In this document: one piece after another, positions 9,680-18,913 of the stretch
How the letters are laid out: the number at the start of each line of letters is the position of its first letter
Position numbering within the stretch: the stretch's first letter is position 1
From: a virus
Taxonomy: Duplodnaviria > Caudoviricetes
Virus record (IMG/VR): IMGVR_UViG_3300027985_000172
Span: 1 to 53,773 of that record
DNA length: 53,773 nucleotides
Direction: 5' to 3' (one strand)
Notes under the pieces: generated by a model
Seen by the model: the letters and a program-made list of their open reading frames with translations, nothing else
Databases searched by the model: none
What the model was told of the DNA's origin: nothing
Position numbers and translations under genes: made by a program

Positions 9680-11441
9680 AGAGCCAATTCAGATTGTAGA
9701 AATTGATATTGATTATTGCTCTTTAACTTACGCTACTGGTTCTTGTGCTGCTATTCTGGGAACCACTGGTGTAAGGAAATGCTTTAATACTTTTGCTACA
9801 TGCCAAGACAAGACCAACTTCACCAAAGGAACAAAAACCTTACGTTTTGTGAAGAACCAGAGCAACCTACCAAAAGGTCTTATTGCCTACCCATGTCTTG
9901 ATAGTGTATCAGCTTTCTCCTCTACAGTTAATATTGCAGGCAGCAATAGCAAGATGGCAGCCTTTGGCCGTAGGGCTTCCGTTACAGTAAGTTTTTATGA
10001 CTTTCTAGACTCAGACATCTACCTAGACAAATACCAACAAGAACGTATTTCTGGTGCAGCCCAGTCATCTTCGGTAGGATATAACCCCAAGGATAAAGGA
10101 ACCTTCTTTGGTCGTCTCCTTGCTAGATTTCCATACTATTCAGGAAGGGCTTTGCGGGTAATTGATGGCTGGCTTGATGGTGGTGTTCTCACTGTAGACC
10201 AAACCCGTCACTTCATTATTACAGACTTCTCAGGCCCAGATAGTAATGGGAAAGTATCTTTTGATGCTGCTGATGTTCTTACCCTAGCAGATGATGATAA
10301 GGCGGTAGTTCCTAAAGCCTCTCGTGGTAAAATCGACACAGACCTAACAGCCTTAGACAATAACCAAACCTTTAGTCTAACCCCAGATGGTATTGGTAGT
10401 GAGTATGCTGCTAGTGGCTATGCTACAATCGGCTCTGAACTGGTTAGCTACACCAGAGTAGATGATGTTATCACCCTAACTGGTAGGGGCTTAGAGGGCA
10501 CCACAGCATCCACCCATGCTATTGGTGACTCCTTCCAAGAAGCTTACTACGTCAAGGATATGCGGGTTGATGACCTTATCTATGACCTGCTAACTACATA
10601 CGCAAGTATTTCTACAGATTTCTGTCCATTAGTTAGTAAATGGGAACCTGAAATTACACGCTGGATGAGTAGTGTAAGGCTAGATACGGTTATTACTAAA
10701 CCAACTGGTGTTAAGCAGCTAATTGGTGAGCTTGCTGATCTAGGTCTTTCTATCTGGTGGGATGAGGTTAGTCAAGAGATTGGTCTTATGGCCAATCACC
10801 CAGTTCAAGAAGTAGATATTACCAATATCACTGATAGGGATAACATCAAGAGTATTTCTCAAGAAGATAATAATGACGAGAGATACACACAGATTTGGTT
10901 CTACACTAAACAATCTAATCCAACTACAGACTACAAGACTGAAAGCAACTACGATCAAATCAACGTAATCATTGACACTGAAGCTGAAGGTGAAAATGCT
11001 TATGATGACCAAAAGATCAAGAAGGTCTATTGTAGGTGGCTGAATAAGGGTGCTGCCGCTGTGGTAAGGGTGCTTGCGCTACGCTTGCTTAAACGCTTCA
11101 ACACTGCCCCAAAGACAATCATTGCTGCCCTAGATGTAAAAGATAGGGGATTGGGCCTAACAGATGTTGTTCGTATTTCGACATATTTGTTGCAGGATGA
11201 TGTTGGCGAAAGCCTTCCTAGACTTACTCAGGTATATAAAATTGAGGAAACTAAGAAGGGTCACGAGTTAAAGGTGTATTTGCAGGACTACCAATATGAA
11301 GGTAGGTTTGGCTACATTATGCCAAATACCACAACAAGCACCTACGACACAGCAACAGATGTTGAAAAAGCCACAGGCATTTATCTGTCAGATGGTGATA
11401 ATACTTTCTATGATGGGACTACACCATATGTGTTCATTTAA
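9669..11441 (+). CDS. Tail hub / baseplate (tail tip) protein
   Basis: About 590 aa with Cys-rich N-terminus (C..TY..G.C...CFNT..TC) and RGLEGTTA.TH motif. Confidence 0.65.
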   Translation: MATREPIQIVEIDIDYCSLTYATGSCAAILGTTGVRKCFNTFATCQDKTNFTKGTKTLRFVKNQSNLPKGLIAYPCLDSVSAFSSTVNIAGSNSKMAAFGRRASVTVSFYDFLDSDIYLDKYQQERISGAAQSSSVGYNPKDKGTFFGRLLARFPYYSGRALRVIDGWLDGGVLTVDQTRHFIITDFSGPDSNGKVSFDAADVLTLADDDKAVVPKASRGKIDTDLTALDNNQTFSLTPDGIGSEYAASGYATIGSELVSYTRVDDVITLTGRGLEGTTASTHAIGDSFQEAYYVKDMRVDDLIYDLLTTYASISTDFCPLVSKWEPEITRWMSSVRLDTVITKPTGVKQLIGELADLGLSIWWDEVSQEIGLMANHPVQEVDITNITDRDNIKSISQEDNNDERYTQIWFYTKQSNPTTDYKTESNYDQINVIIDTEAEGENAYDDQKIKKVYCRWLNKGAAAVVRVLALRLLKRFNTAPKTIIAALDVKDRGLGLTDVVRISTYLLQDDVGESLPRLTQVYKIEETKKGHELKVYLQDYQYEGRFGYIMPNTTTSTYDTATDVEKATGIYLSDGDNTFYDGTTPYVFI

Positions 11442-11453
11442 GGAACCCCACTT

Positions 11454-11858
11454 ATGACTTCATATATTGAAATTACTGATGGTGAGACAGACCCCGGCGC
11501 ACCCGCTACATCAGAACTAGCTAAGAAATGGCGAGACAACCCAATTGCTATGGCTGAGGGTGCTGTTGGAGCGCCACGGATTGAGTTCGCAGCGATGGCG
11601 CACGGTGGCGTGTTGGGCGCTGTTGGGACTTACGCGCTTCTTTCCAAGGACACGGGGGCGCAGAGCATCACGGCGGGAACAACTCACGCCGGGTCTTCGC
11701 TGCGGTATCGCGGCGTCAAGGTGGGGACCGCTGACGGCAACGCCGTGGCGACAACGATTGAGGGCGGAACGCCTTCCGGGACTTGGCGTGCAATGGGTGA
11801 TGCACAGAACTCCTCATCCACGCAATTCGCCACAACTCTTTTTCTGAGGATCGCATGA
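11454..11858 (+). CDS. Short tail fibre / tail-tip protein with GC-rich 3' half
   Basis: RDNPIAMAEG N-terminal anchor; C-terminal GAVGTYA...PSGTWRAMG...LFLRIA tail-fibre tip motif. Confidence 0.7.
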   Translation: MTSYIEITDGETDPGAPATSELAKKWRDNPIAMAEGAVGAPRIEFAAMAHGGVLGAVGTYALLSKDTGAQSITAGTTHAGSSLRYRGVKVGTADGNAVATTIEGGTPSGTWRAMGDAQNSSSTQFATTLFLRIA

Positions 11859-12280
11859 TGGAATTTCGCAATGCAGTGAAAACCGCAGATGGCCGTGTGG
11901 ATTGCGAGATCAATCACCCTGTCTATGGCTGGATACCCTTCACCGCTGACCCAAACGACCCAGAATCGCTGGGGCGTGCTGTATTTGATGTGGCAAACCC
12001 GGTCGCGGACGAAGCAGTAGCTAATACCGCACAGGCTGAAACCCCAGTCCCACAATCCGTCAGCCGATTTCAGGCACTGGCGGCGTTGATGGATGCCGGG
12101 TTGCTGGCTGATGTAGACATGGCTCTGGCTGATGCTGGGCCGCTGGCGCAGTTGGCGTGGGCCGAGGCGTCTGAGTTTCGACGTAATTCCCCAATGATCC
12201 TCACAATGGCCAATGGACTCGGGTTGACTTACGACGACGTGGATGCCCTGTTCCGGGCGGCTGCACAAATTGAAGTTTGA
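11855..12280 (+). CDS. Tail fibre assembly chaperone-like protein
   Basis: DCEINHPVYGWIPFTADPND domain plus W..A.EFRR..P.I......LGL....D.LF..A domain. Confidence 0.7.
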   Translation: MMEFRNAVKTADGRVDCEINHPVYGWIPFTADPNDPESLGRAVFDVANPVADEAVANTAQAETPVPQSVSRFQALAALMDAGLLADVDMALADAGPLAQLAWAEASEFRRNSPMILTMANGLGLTYDDVDALFRAAAQIEV

Positions 12281-12319
12281 AATGGGGGAGACTGAAAATG
12301 ACTGACTACTCCGATAACC

Positions 12320-12433
12320 CAATTCGCTACGGTGTGGGGACGAAACATGCCAGAGATTGACCAACTCAGTGATCTTCTAGGTCTTTCCCCTGAGCAAATA
12401 GGTTCCTTGTTTACAGAGGCCATGACAAAATGA
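12320..12433 (+). pseudogene. 3' remnant of a displaced tail fibre chaperone
   Basis: Start-less frame QFATVWGRNMPEIDQLSDLLGLSPEQIGSLFTEAMTK* mirrors the C-terminus of 11855..12280 and overlaps the next ATG (ATGA). Confidence 0.6.
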
Positions 12434-12876
12434 ACCTTCTCAAGAGCATTTTCTCAGAACTTGGAACAAGCGACAACTACCACACCAATTGGTATGGCTA
12501 TGCTACTAATCAACTAAGTCATACGCTTCTTGGTTTCATTACCTCTTGTGTTGTTTCCTACACTACCTTCCTTATTCTAGGGGAGTTCTGGGTTAAGGAA
12601 TACATCTGGGGAACTGCTGCCATACTATACCTCTTTGTAGAACTCATACAACGACAGACAAGAAATATTTGGGATGCTGTTGAAGATTTTATCTTCTTCG
12701 CAGTCTATGGGGCTGGTGCAGGTTATCTTCTGTTCGATGAAGTAAGCCCCGGAAGTCCAGAAGTAAAAAGCAACATCCTCTACACCCTCAAGGTAGTTTC
12801 TATCATTGGTGGTCATTTATCTGTAGGCATTCTTATGAGGGCCTATTTTGCTGCCAAGGAGAAAGAAAATGCCTGA
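12430..12876 (+). CDS. Multi-pass membrane protein
   Basis: About 4 hydrophobic helices; NQLSH motif. Confidence 0.65.
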   Translation: MNLLKSIFSELGTSDNYHTNWYGYATNQLSHTLLGFITSCVVSYTTFLILGEFWVKEYIWGTAAILYLFVELIQRQTRNIWDAVEDFIFFAVYGAGAGYLLFDEVSPGSPEVKSNILYTLKVVSIIGGHLSVGILMRAYFAAKEKENA

Positions 12877-13102
12877 GAAAACTGTGATGGAAGTTGTTAA
12901 TGATTATTGGGAAATTATTGGTATTTTCATCTCAGGTCTTGCAGCATGGTTCTCTTTGAGGAGCCAAAGTGATAAGAACAAGGAAGACATTGTGGAACTT
13001 AAGGGTAGGATTGGTAAACTTGAAGACAGACTAGACCACAAGCTAGATGACGTTCAAACCACCCTACGAGAAATCCTAATGCTTATTGGTGAGAAGAAAT
13101 GA
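12869..13102 (+). CDS. Holin/antiholin-like protein (one TM plus coiled coil)
   Basis: ATG at 12869 after AAGGAG; immediately precedes the endolysin. Confidence 0.5.
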   Translation: MPEKTVMEVVNDYWEIIGIFISGLAAWFSLRSQSDKNKEDIVELKGRIGKLEDRLDHKLDDVQTTLREILMLIGEKK

Positions 13103-13521
13103 AGATTCACAACCTGGGTATTATCAAGAAAAGTGAGGGTCTTCGCCTAGAGGCATACCTGCCAACCCCTAATGATGTTCCTACTATTGGTTATGGTCAC
13201 ACCAAAGGTGTTAAGATGGGGCAGCATATTACAATCAATCAAGCTGAACAATTTCTTCTAGAGGATGTTGCTTGGGCTTCTGATGCTGTTAATCGTCTTG
13301 TGAAGGTGAAATTAACCCAGAATCAGTTTGATGCTTTAGTTTCCTTTGTGTTCAATGTTGGTGCTACCGCCTTTAGTAAATCAACCCTGTTAAGGCTCCT
13401 TAATGCAGGGGACTACAAAGGTGCTGCTGACCAGTTCCTTCGGTGGAACAAGCAGGCAGGGAAAGTCCTTAGAGGACTAGACACCCGTAGGAAAGAGGAG
13501 AGGGCTTTGTTCCTTTCGTGA
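13099..13521 (+). CDS. Endolysin, GH24 lysozyme
   Basis: EGLRLEAY...DVPTIGYGHT, QNQFDALVSFVFNVG and RRKEERALF motifs. Confidence 0.95.
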   Translation: MKIHNLGIIKKSEGLRLEAYLPTPNDVPTIGYGHTKGVKMGQHITINQAEQFLLEDVAWASDAVNRLVKVKLTQNQFDALVSFVFNVGATAFSKSTLLRLLNAGDYKGAADQFLRWNKQAGKVLRGLDTRRKEERALFLS

Positions 13522-13522
13522 C

Positions 13523-13801
13523 ATGAAAAAGAAAAGCTATAAGCGTGAACTAGCAATAACCCTTCTTATCTGGTTGGGTTATATTGTGGAGACTAAAAGT
13601 GCAGAAATCATCTCAATCCTCGTCTGGCCTGTCTTCACCTTTGCTGGTGCTGCTTTTGGCTTCCACTCTTATGCTACCCAGTTGCAGCAAGCTCAGTCCT
13701 CTGGACCTCCTCTCGGGGGGACCGAACGTAGCGGCGAATACACAAGTGGGGAAAGAGAACGTTCAGGCAGTGTCAAGCCAGACAACCCGGAGCGAGGCTA
13801 A
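13523..13801 (+). CDS. Holin-like two-TM protein
   Basis: Basic N-terminus and two TM helices, directly after the endolysin. Confidence 0.55.
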   Translation: MKKKSYKRELAITLLIWLGYIVETKSAEIISILVWPVFTFAGAAFGFHSYATQLQQAQSSGPPLGGTERSGEYTSGERERSGSVKPDNPERG

Positions 13802-13985
13802 GGCCGGAGACAATTCAACTATCAAGCAATCTACAGCACAGGTAGCTAGTGAGAAGGTTGACACTATCAACGTGCAACAAACTCCTGTGTGGATGATTGT
13901 TCTGCTAGTCCTTGGTTGGTTACTACCATCACCAAATGAGATAGGGCGTATTATCCGAAATTGGTTTACGAAAGCCCAGAAATAA
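13599..13985 (+). CDS. Unimolecular spanin-like lipoprotein
   Basis: GGAG-7nt-GTG start; hydrophobic signal with LPS-C lipobox; C-terminal TM WMIVLLVLGWLLP. Confidence 0.65.
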   Translation: MQKSSQSSSGLSSPLLVLLLASTLMLPSCSKLSPLDLLSGGPNVAANTQVGKENVQAVSSQTTRSEAKAGDNSTIKQSTAQVASEKVDTINVQQTPVWMIVLLVLGWLLPSPNEIGRIIRNWFTKAQK

Positions 13986-13987
13986 AT

Positions 13988-14030
13988 AAACCCGTGGAAT
14001 CCTTGAGTGGACTCCACGGGTTTTTCTTTT
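13988..14030. terminator. Bidirectional intrinsic terminator between the two genome arms
   Basis: AAACCCGTGGAATCC-ttgagt-GGACTCCACGGGTTT flanked by A-rich and T-rich tracts at the convergence point. Confidence 0.85.
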
Positions 14031-14031
14031 A

Positions 14032-14433
14032 TTATTTGTCTGATTTATGTTCTTTTAGGTTGTCAAGTTGAACTTGAATGATTTCCTTTAGGTCAGAGAT
14101 AATTGCCTCACCGTCTTCTGTGGTGGCAGCATACTCGCCAGCTTCACTAGCAAGGATGAGATAAGCAGTTTCTTTAGATGGGACTAGCTGAAGGAAGAAG
14201 AGAACAATAAGTGGATAAGTGATTAGAGGAAGCAACTTCTTCCAACCACCACTAAAAAATACCTTTGCTTCCTCTTCATCCTCATACCCAAAGTGTGGTG
14301 GGGTGTGACGAACAGCACAGACAAATAAATAACATACACCGACGAGGATTGATACTACGCACAAGAAAGTAAAGAAAGATGCTGCGCTGTAGATAACATC
14401 TACAAGGTATAGAGTCCAAGAAAGAGTATTCAT
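14032..14433 (-). CDS. Membrane protein
   Basis: Two hydrophobic segments; VPSKETAYLILASE. Confidence 0.7.
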   Translation of the reverse strand: MNTLSWTLYLVDVIYSAASFFTFLCVVSILVGVCYLFVCAVRHTPPHFGYEDEEEAKVFFSGGWKKLLPLITYPLIVLFFLQLVPSKETAYLILASEAGEYAATTEDGEAIISDLKEIIQVQLDNLKEHKSDK

Positions 14434-14501
14434 TATTCAACACCTGAAAGAATCAGAATGAAGGTTAGTAGAATCGTAAAGACAACCAATCCGGTCAGCA
14501 T
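14433..14501 (-). CDS. 22-aa single-TM microprotein (MLTGLVVFTILLTFILILSGVE)
   Basis: Fills the gap exactly, with TAATG overlaps at both ends. Confidence 0.45.
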   Translation of the reverse strand: MLTGLVVFTILLTFILILSGVE

Positions 14502-14701
14502 TATACAGGTTTTCCCCATTCAATACATTTAAACTCGGCTGTGTGTTTCTCAATAAGCCCTTGGGCTATACGAGCTTTGTTAACTGCCACAAGGGCCTCA
14601 CCTGCCGCAACACATTGCTCTTGTTCTTTGAAGGTGCTTTGGTTAGTGGCTGACATACATTGTCCGTTGTCAAAGCACAGAAGAAATACTAGCGTAATCA
14701 T
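14501..14701 (-). CDS. Small exported Cys-containing protein
   Basis: Hydrophobic N-terminus, four Cys; coupled to neighbours. Confidence 0.6.
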   Translation of the reverse strand: MITLVFLLCFDNGQCMSATNQSTFKEQEQCVAAGEALVAVNKARIAQGLIEKHTAEFKCIEWGKPV

Positions 14702-15222
14702 TTCTTTTCTCTCTCAAGTTGTTCAATAAGAAGTTCTGCATAATGGATTACCTTCCGCAAGTCCTCAACACCACCCTTCTGCTTATACCGACAGGTGTAT
14801 TTGATAATAGACCCCTCACAGAACCCAAGCCCATTAGCTAGGATAAACTCTACTGGTTGGATTGGTAGGTCTTTGTAGTGGGAACCACCAACCTGCACAT
14901 CTAGAGCCGACTTAGGCGCAGTGGAATAACATTTAGGTTCAGTATCTTTCCAATCAGCTACAATGCCCATCTGGGAAGTTTCTTCCTCAAGAATGTTCCA
15001 TGCATCTCTGATTGGATCACCTTTGTTTGCTACCAACTCAATTTCGTCTTCACTTAGGGGGACAGTCCAATCATCATCTTCAATATATACAGAGTATTGG
15101 TATCCTTTGTCTGGGGAAATACCATCAATAACCCCATGCTTGCCAATGTAATCGGGACTAAGGCCAGATCCATTGTCCAAGATAACCACGCGATCACCAA
15201 CGTTAAAAATAGAGTAAGTCAA
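14698..15222 (-). CDS. DUF3310 (SaV / T7 gp1.7-like) protein with N-terminal SH3-like domain
   Basis: QVGGSHYK...IQP.EFI..N.LGFCEGSIIKY..RY..KGGVEDL.K..HY. Confidence 0.8.
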   Translation of the reverse strand: MTYSIFNVGDRVVILDNGSGLSPDYIGKHGVIDGISPDKGYQYSVYIEDDDWTVPLSEDEIELVANKGDPIRDAWNILEEETSQMGIVADWKDTEPKCYSTAPKSALDVQVGGSHYKDLPIQPVEFILANGLGFCEGSIIKYTCRYKQKGGVEDLRKVIHYAELLIEQLEREKK

Positions 15223-15917
15223 AGTAATTTTTCCTCATAAAGGGCCTCAACCCATTGCTTACATACATCACTGCGCACAATGTCATCAAGGGTGAACTCA
15301 ACGATTGTAGCGTCGATGTGATACTTCTTACACAAGTGAATCAGCTTTGTCAAGCCTGAAGTTTCTTTCAAGTCACTCTGGCGAGTATCCCCGTTAAGGA
15401 CTAGGGTGCAGTCCTCCCCAATGCGCGTTACAAGCATGATTGCTTGTTCAACAGTGAGGTTCTGGGCCTCGTCCACAAGGGCTATTGCGTTATTATAGGA
15501 GGCCCCCCGCATATATTCTAGTGGTGCGTAGAGGATATTACCTGCCTTAAGGTTTACTTCAACATCGTTAGCCCCCATGACACCCTTCATAGCCTCTAGA
15601 ATAGGCCCAAGCCAAGGTTCAAACTTCTCCTCTAGGGTTCCGGACAAGGCCCCAAGTGATTTACCTACAGATACCGCAGGTCTGGTGATGATAACCTTGT
15701 CAATCTCTTTCAGCAAGAGTTTATTTGCAGCAATGGTTGCAGGAATGTAGCTCTTGCCAGACCCACTAGGGCCTAGACCAATAATCTGCCCACCAGCCTC
15801 AATAGCATCAATGTATAGTTTTTGGTTTTCTGTGAGGGGAACCAGAGGTTTTACCCTCTGGCCCTTATCTGTTGCGGAGTTCTTATAGGCTGTGTTTCTA
15901 CGGGATTGTTTTACCAA
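15219..15917 (-). CDS. phoH: PhoH-like ATPase
   Basis: GPSGSGKS, ITRPAV, EYMRGASY, DEAQN, GD..QSD and DIVRS motifs. Confidence 0.95.
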   Translation of the reverse strand: MVKQSRRNTAYKNSATDKGQRVKPLVPLTENQKLYIDAIEAGGQIIGLGPSGSGKSYIPATIAANKLLLKEIDKVIITRPAVSVGKSLGALSGTLEEKFEPWLGPILEAMKGVMGANDVEVNLKAGNILYAPLEYMRGASYNNAIALVDEAQNLTVEQAIMLVTRIGEDCTLVLNGDTRQSDLKETSGLTKLIHLCKKYHIDATIVEFTLDDIVRSDVCKQWVEALYEEKLL

Positions 15918-15919
15918 CC

Positions 15920-16150
15920 TTAGTTTTCCTTTTCTTTAAGCCAGTTAACTAACTCTTGATACCCGCCAATATACTCGTCATCATACCAAATCTGAGGAAC
16001 AGTTGTTAGCTGAGCTAGCCTAAACAAATTCCAGATGAGTTTGTTTTCGTAAATATTTACCAGACTAAAGTCTTCATCTGTCTCAGCTTCGATAAGGTCA
16101 ATTGCCTTGTCACACCAAGGGCATTCGGGTCTATGAACGATGTAGAACAT
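15920..16150 (-). CDS. Glutaredoxin
   Basis: CPWC, TVPQIW and YIGGY motifs. Confidence 0.9.
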   Translation of the reverse strand: MFYIVHRPECPWCDKAIDLIEAETDEDFSLVNIYENKLIWNLFRLAQLTTVPQIWYDDEYIGGYQELVNWLKEKEN

Positions 16151-16170
16151 ACTCTTATAGATTCCCTATA

Positions 16171-17922
16171 TTAAATAGAATCACAAGTTCTAAGGCCAGT
16201 ATTAACGTCAATATAGCAGGCCCCACCTTCAACCACAGTCTCGTCTGACTTATGGTCTTCCTCAATAACATCTTCCACAGCGGAGGCGTTTAGAATACCA
16301 AACCGCTTTCCTGAGGCTCGGAATGTCGTGCAGCCTTTAGCGCCGCCATCATAAGCAAGCATATAAACATTCTTAAAGTCATTCCAAGAGACGTTATCGC
16401 CTACGTTACAAGTCTTAGAGCAAGCACTGTCAACCCACTCTTGTGCCGCAGTGAGCATACCCACATGCTCTTCTACAGACACTTGATCCGCCGTCTTACA
16501 TTCAATACCCCATTCGCGGTAAGCATAATCTTGCACTACCTCAATACGAGGGCCATCTGGTGTTTGAATGGTTCGGCTATACTCAAGAGAGAATACAGGC
16601 TCAAGACCAGATGATACATTATTTGCGGTTAGGCTAATAGTCCCTGTAGGAGCAATACTTGTTAGGTGAGAGTTACGGATACCATGCTGCTCAATAAGAG
16701 AGACTACATCAGTGTCAAGTTTCTTAATAAACTTGCCAGACAGATACTTATCTTTCTCGAAGAGTGGGAAAGCCCCTTTTTCCTTAGCCAGTAGTGCGGA
16801 AGCCTTATACACATTGTTGGTAATGAACCTTAGAATATCTCTTGTCCACTTTTGAGCATCTTCACTACCATATTCAATACCAAGGGCACCAAGAGCATTC
16901 CCAAGACCGGTGATACCTAATCCCATACGCCGCTTACTCTTGGCTTCATCCTCTTGTTGTGGCAGAGGGTAGACCGTTTCATCAATCACATTATCCATAG
17001 CGCGGACGATATATGGAAGGTCATCCTCTAGTAGGTCATATTCAAATACTGCACTTCCGTCATGGAAGAAATAGATATATTTAGTTAGGTTGACAGAACC
17101 CAGAAGACAGGCACCATATGGGGGTAGGGGCTGTTCACCACAAGGGTTAGTAGCACTAATATCCTCAATATACCATAGGTTGTTCATCTGGTTAACCCGG
17201 TCAATGAAGATGACACCCGGTTCTGCCCAATCCCATGCAGCACGTAGAATAGAATCCCAAAGAGAACGTGCCCGAACTGTGTCATAGACGCGCCCATCAA
17301 ACACTAGGTCAAAATCTTTATCCTCTTTGACAGCTTGCATGAAAGCATCTGTAGCAAGGACAGAAATGTTGAATTGTGTTAGATTATCTGAGTTTGTCTT
17401 GGCATTGACAAATTCCATAATGTCGGGGTGGTCAACACGAAGACAACCCATCTGAGCACCACGGCGATGACCTGCACTAGCGATAGTCTTGCACAAAGCA
17501 TCCATAATCCCCATAAAGGACACTGGACCGGATGCCTGAGAGCCCAAGGACTTGATGCGGGAACCCTTAGGGCGAATCCCAGAGAAATCATACCCAACAC
17601 CGCCCCCAAGTTGCATAGTCTTGGCTGCCTCTTTAGCTACGTCCATAATGCCCATCAGTGAGTCTGGGACTTTCTGCATAACAAAGCAATTGAATGCTGT
17701 TACACGGCGGTAAGAACCAGAGGCGGATTGCACACGACCACCTGCGAGAAACCGTTGTTCTTTAATAATTTCGTAAAATTTATCATAATGTTCTTGGTCA
17801 TCAGTTAGTGCGCCAGCTACACGACCACATTTCTGGGTATATGACTCCCCGACTTCACGATATTTTTGTTCATCAGCCCAAACTGCGATTGGGATTTGTG
17901 GTCCAACTTTATGGTCTTTCAA
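16171..17922 (-). CDS. nrdJ: Class II (adenosylcobalamin-dependent) ribonucleotide reductase
   Basis: FNCFV, GGGVGYDFS.IRP, TNPCGEQPLPPYGACLLGS, SIAPTGTIS and C-terminal Cys pair; no beta-subunit gene; TTG start after AAGGAGG. Confidence 0.9.
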   Translation of the reverse strand: MKDHKVGPQIPIAVWADEQKYREVGESYTQKCGRVAGALTDDQEHYDKFYEIIKEQRFLAGGRVQSASGSYRRVTAFNCFVMQKVPDSLMGIMDVAKEAAKTMQLGGGVGYDFSGIRPKGSRIKSLGSQASGPVSFMGIMDALCKTIASAGHRRGAQMGCLRVDHPDIMEFVNAKTNSDNLTQFNISVLATDAFMQAVKEDKDFDLVFDGRVYDTVRARSLWDSILRAAWDWAEPGVIFIDRVNQMNNLWYIEDISATNPCGEQPLPPYGACLLGSVNLTKYIYFFHDGSAVFEYDLLEDDLPYIVRAMDNVIDETVYPLPQQEDEAKSKRRMGLGITGLGNALGALGIEYGSEDAQKWTRDILRFITNNVYKASALLAKEKGAFPLFEKDKYLSGKFIKKLDTDVVSLIEQHGIRNSHLTSIAPTGTISLTANNVSSGLEPVFSLEYSRTIQTPDGPRIEVVQDYAYREWGIECKTADQVSVEEHVGMLTAAQEWVDSACSKTCNVGDNVSWNDFKNVYMLAYDGGAKGCTTFRASGKRFGILNASAVEDVIEEDHKSDETVVEGGACYIDVNTGLRTCDSI

Positions 17923-18070
17923 TTGTTTCCTCCTTATACTCATCTTGCATATCAGACTTAAGCCACCCCATTGCCATCTTAATGTGTTGGAGAACACCTT
18001 TGTTGTTAGTCAACAGGGAAGCTAGGTAGAGGTGGTCGTAGGCTTTCTTTAGGTCATCTTGTTTAATCAT
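17909..18070 (-). CDS. Small hypothetical protein (MIKQDDLKKAYDHLYLASLL...)
   Basis: 53-aa ORF filling the gap, coupled to neighbours. Confidence 0.5.
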   Translation of the reverse strand: MIKQDDLKKAYDHLYLASLLTNNKGVLQHIKMAMGWLKSDMQDEYKEETIERP

Positions 18071-18294
18071 CACACCAGATCAACTTTTTGGCGATCAAGA
18101 CTTTCTCTTTCTACAAAAATCGCCTTGTGTGTTTTTGAGCAATCTGGGCACAATACAATCATGCTTACTACACCACAATCTTCATCATATTCTGAGCTAT
18201 CAAACTGTGCAGTATATCTACAGTCTGTAATGTTAGAATCATAGAATGCTTTATTTCCACACCTATCACATAAGTAGTAATCACACATAGCCAT
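18070..18294 (-). CDS. Small zinc-finger protein
   Basis: CDRC ... CPDC. Confidence 0.65.
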   Translation of the reverse strand: MAMCDYYLCDRCGNKAFYDSNITDCRYTAQFDSSEYDEDCGVVSMIVLCPDCSKTHKAIFVERESLDRQKVDLV

Positions 18295-18743
18295 TAAACC
18301 AAATCACCCAAATTAACTTTCGGGTAGTCTGGGTTGCGGATGATCTTACCGTCTTCACGACGCTTAATGGTTCCTTCAGGTTGGTAGCACCGCCCAAGAT
18401 TATTTTGATGCACACGACGAAGAGCTTCCATCAAGTCCCACCCACGAGCATTAGCATAACCGAAGATAACGTAAGCAAGGTCAGAAAGTTCCTTTAGCTC
18501 ATCTTCTGGTGAATACTTCTTAGAGTAGTGTTTAGAAACTTCGGAACTCTGTAGTTCCTCTTCAAAAGACCACTCCTCATATTCCTCATCAATAAGGGTA
18601 GAATAGAGCATTGGGTCAGGCTCTTGCTTAGTCAGGTGAGAGTATTCCTTCACCATATCCATTGGTGTCATGTCGTGTTGCCGTTCCTTTTCCCATTCAG
18701 GGTCATAGTAGCCAAAGGCTTCAAGATCAAATTTACTTAGCAT
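18294..18743 (-). CDS. MazG-like / PRA-PH nucleotide pyrophosphohydrolase
   Basis: LIDEEYEE, ELKELSDLAYVIFGYA, RVHQNN and RREDGKI motifs. Confidence 0.85.
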   Translation of the reverse strand: MLSKFDLEAFGYYDPEWEKERQHDMTPMDMVKEYSHLTKQEPDPMLYSTLIDEEYEEWSFEEELQSSEVSKHYSKKYSPEDELKELSDLAYVIFGYANARGWDLMEALRRVHQNNLGRCYQPEGTIKRREDGKIIRNPDYPKVNLGDLV

Positions 18744-18903
18744 CTTCTTCCTCCATTTCCATACCTTCTACTTGACTTAGGACAATGTGTTTAATGATAG
18801 GTTCCTTTCCAAGATGTAGGGTATATTCTACCTCTTTAATGAAGAAAGGGTAACCCATTAAATCTACCAAAGTGTGTTCCTCTAGAATTGGATAACCAGA
18901 CAT
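18733..18903 (-). CDS. Small hypothetical protein (MSGYPILEEHTLVDL...)
   Basis: 56-aa ORF with AAGGA RBS. Confidence 0.5.
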   Translation of the reverse strand: MSGYPILEEHTLVDLMGYPFFIKEVEYTLHLGKEPIIKHIVLSQVEGMEMEEEDAK

Positions 18904-18913
18904 TTATATTCCT

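Noticed and set aside
11684-12364. 226-aa - strand ORF
   Set aside because: Antisense shadow of the GC-rich tail cassette
11454-12433. Diversity-generating retroelement or invertible tail-fibre switch
   Set aside because: No reverse transcriptase or invertase, no adenine-specific TR/VR pair and no flanking inverted repeats seen
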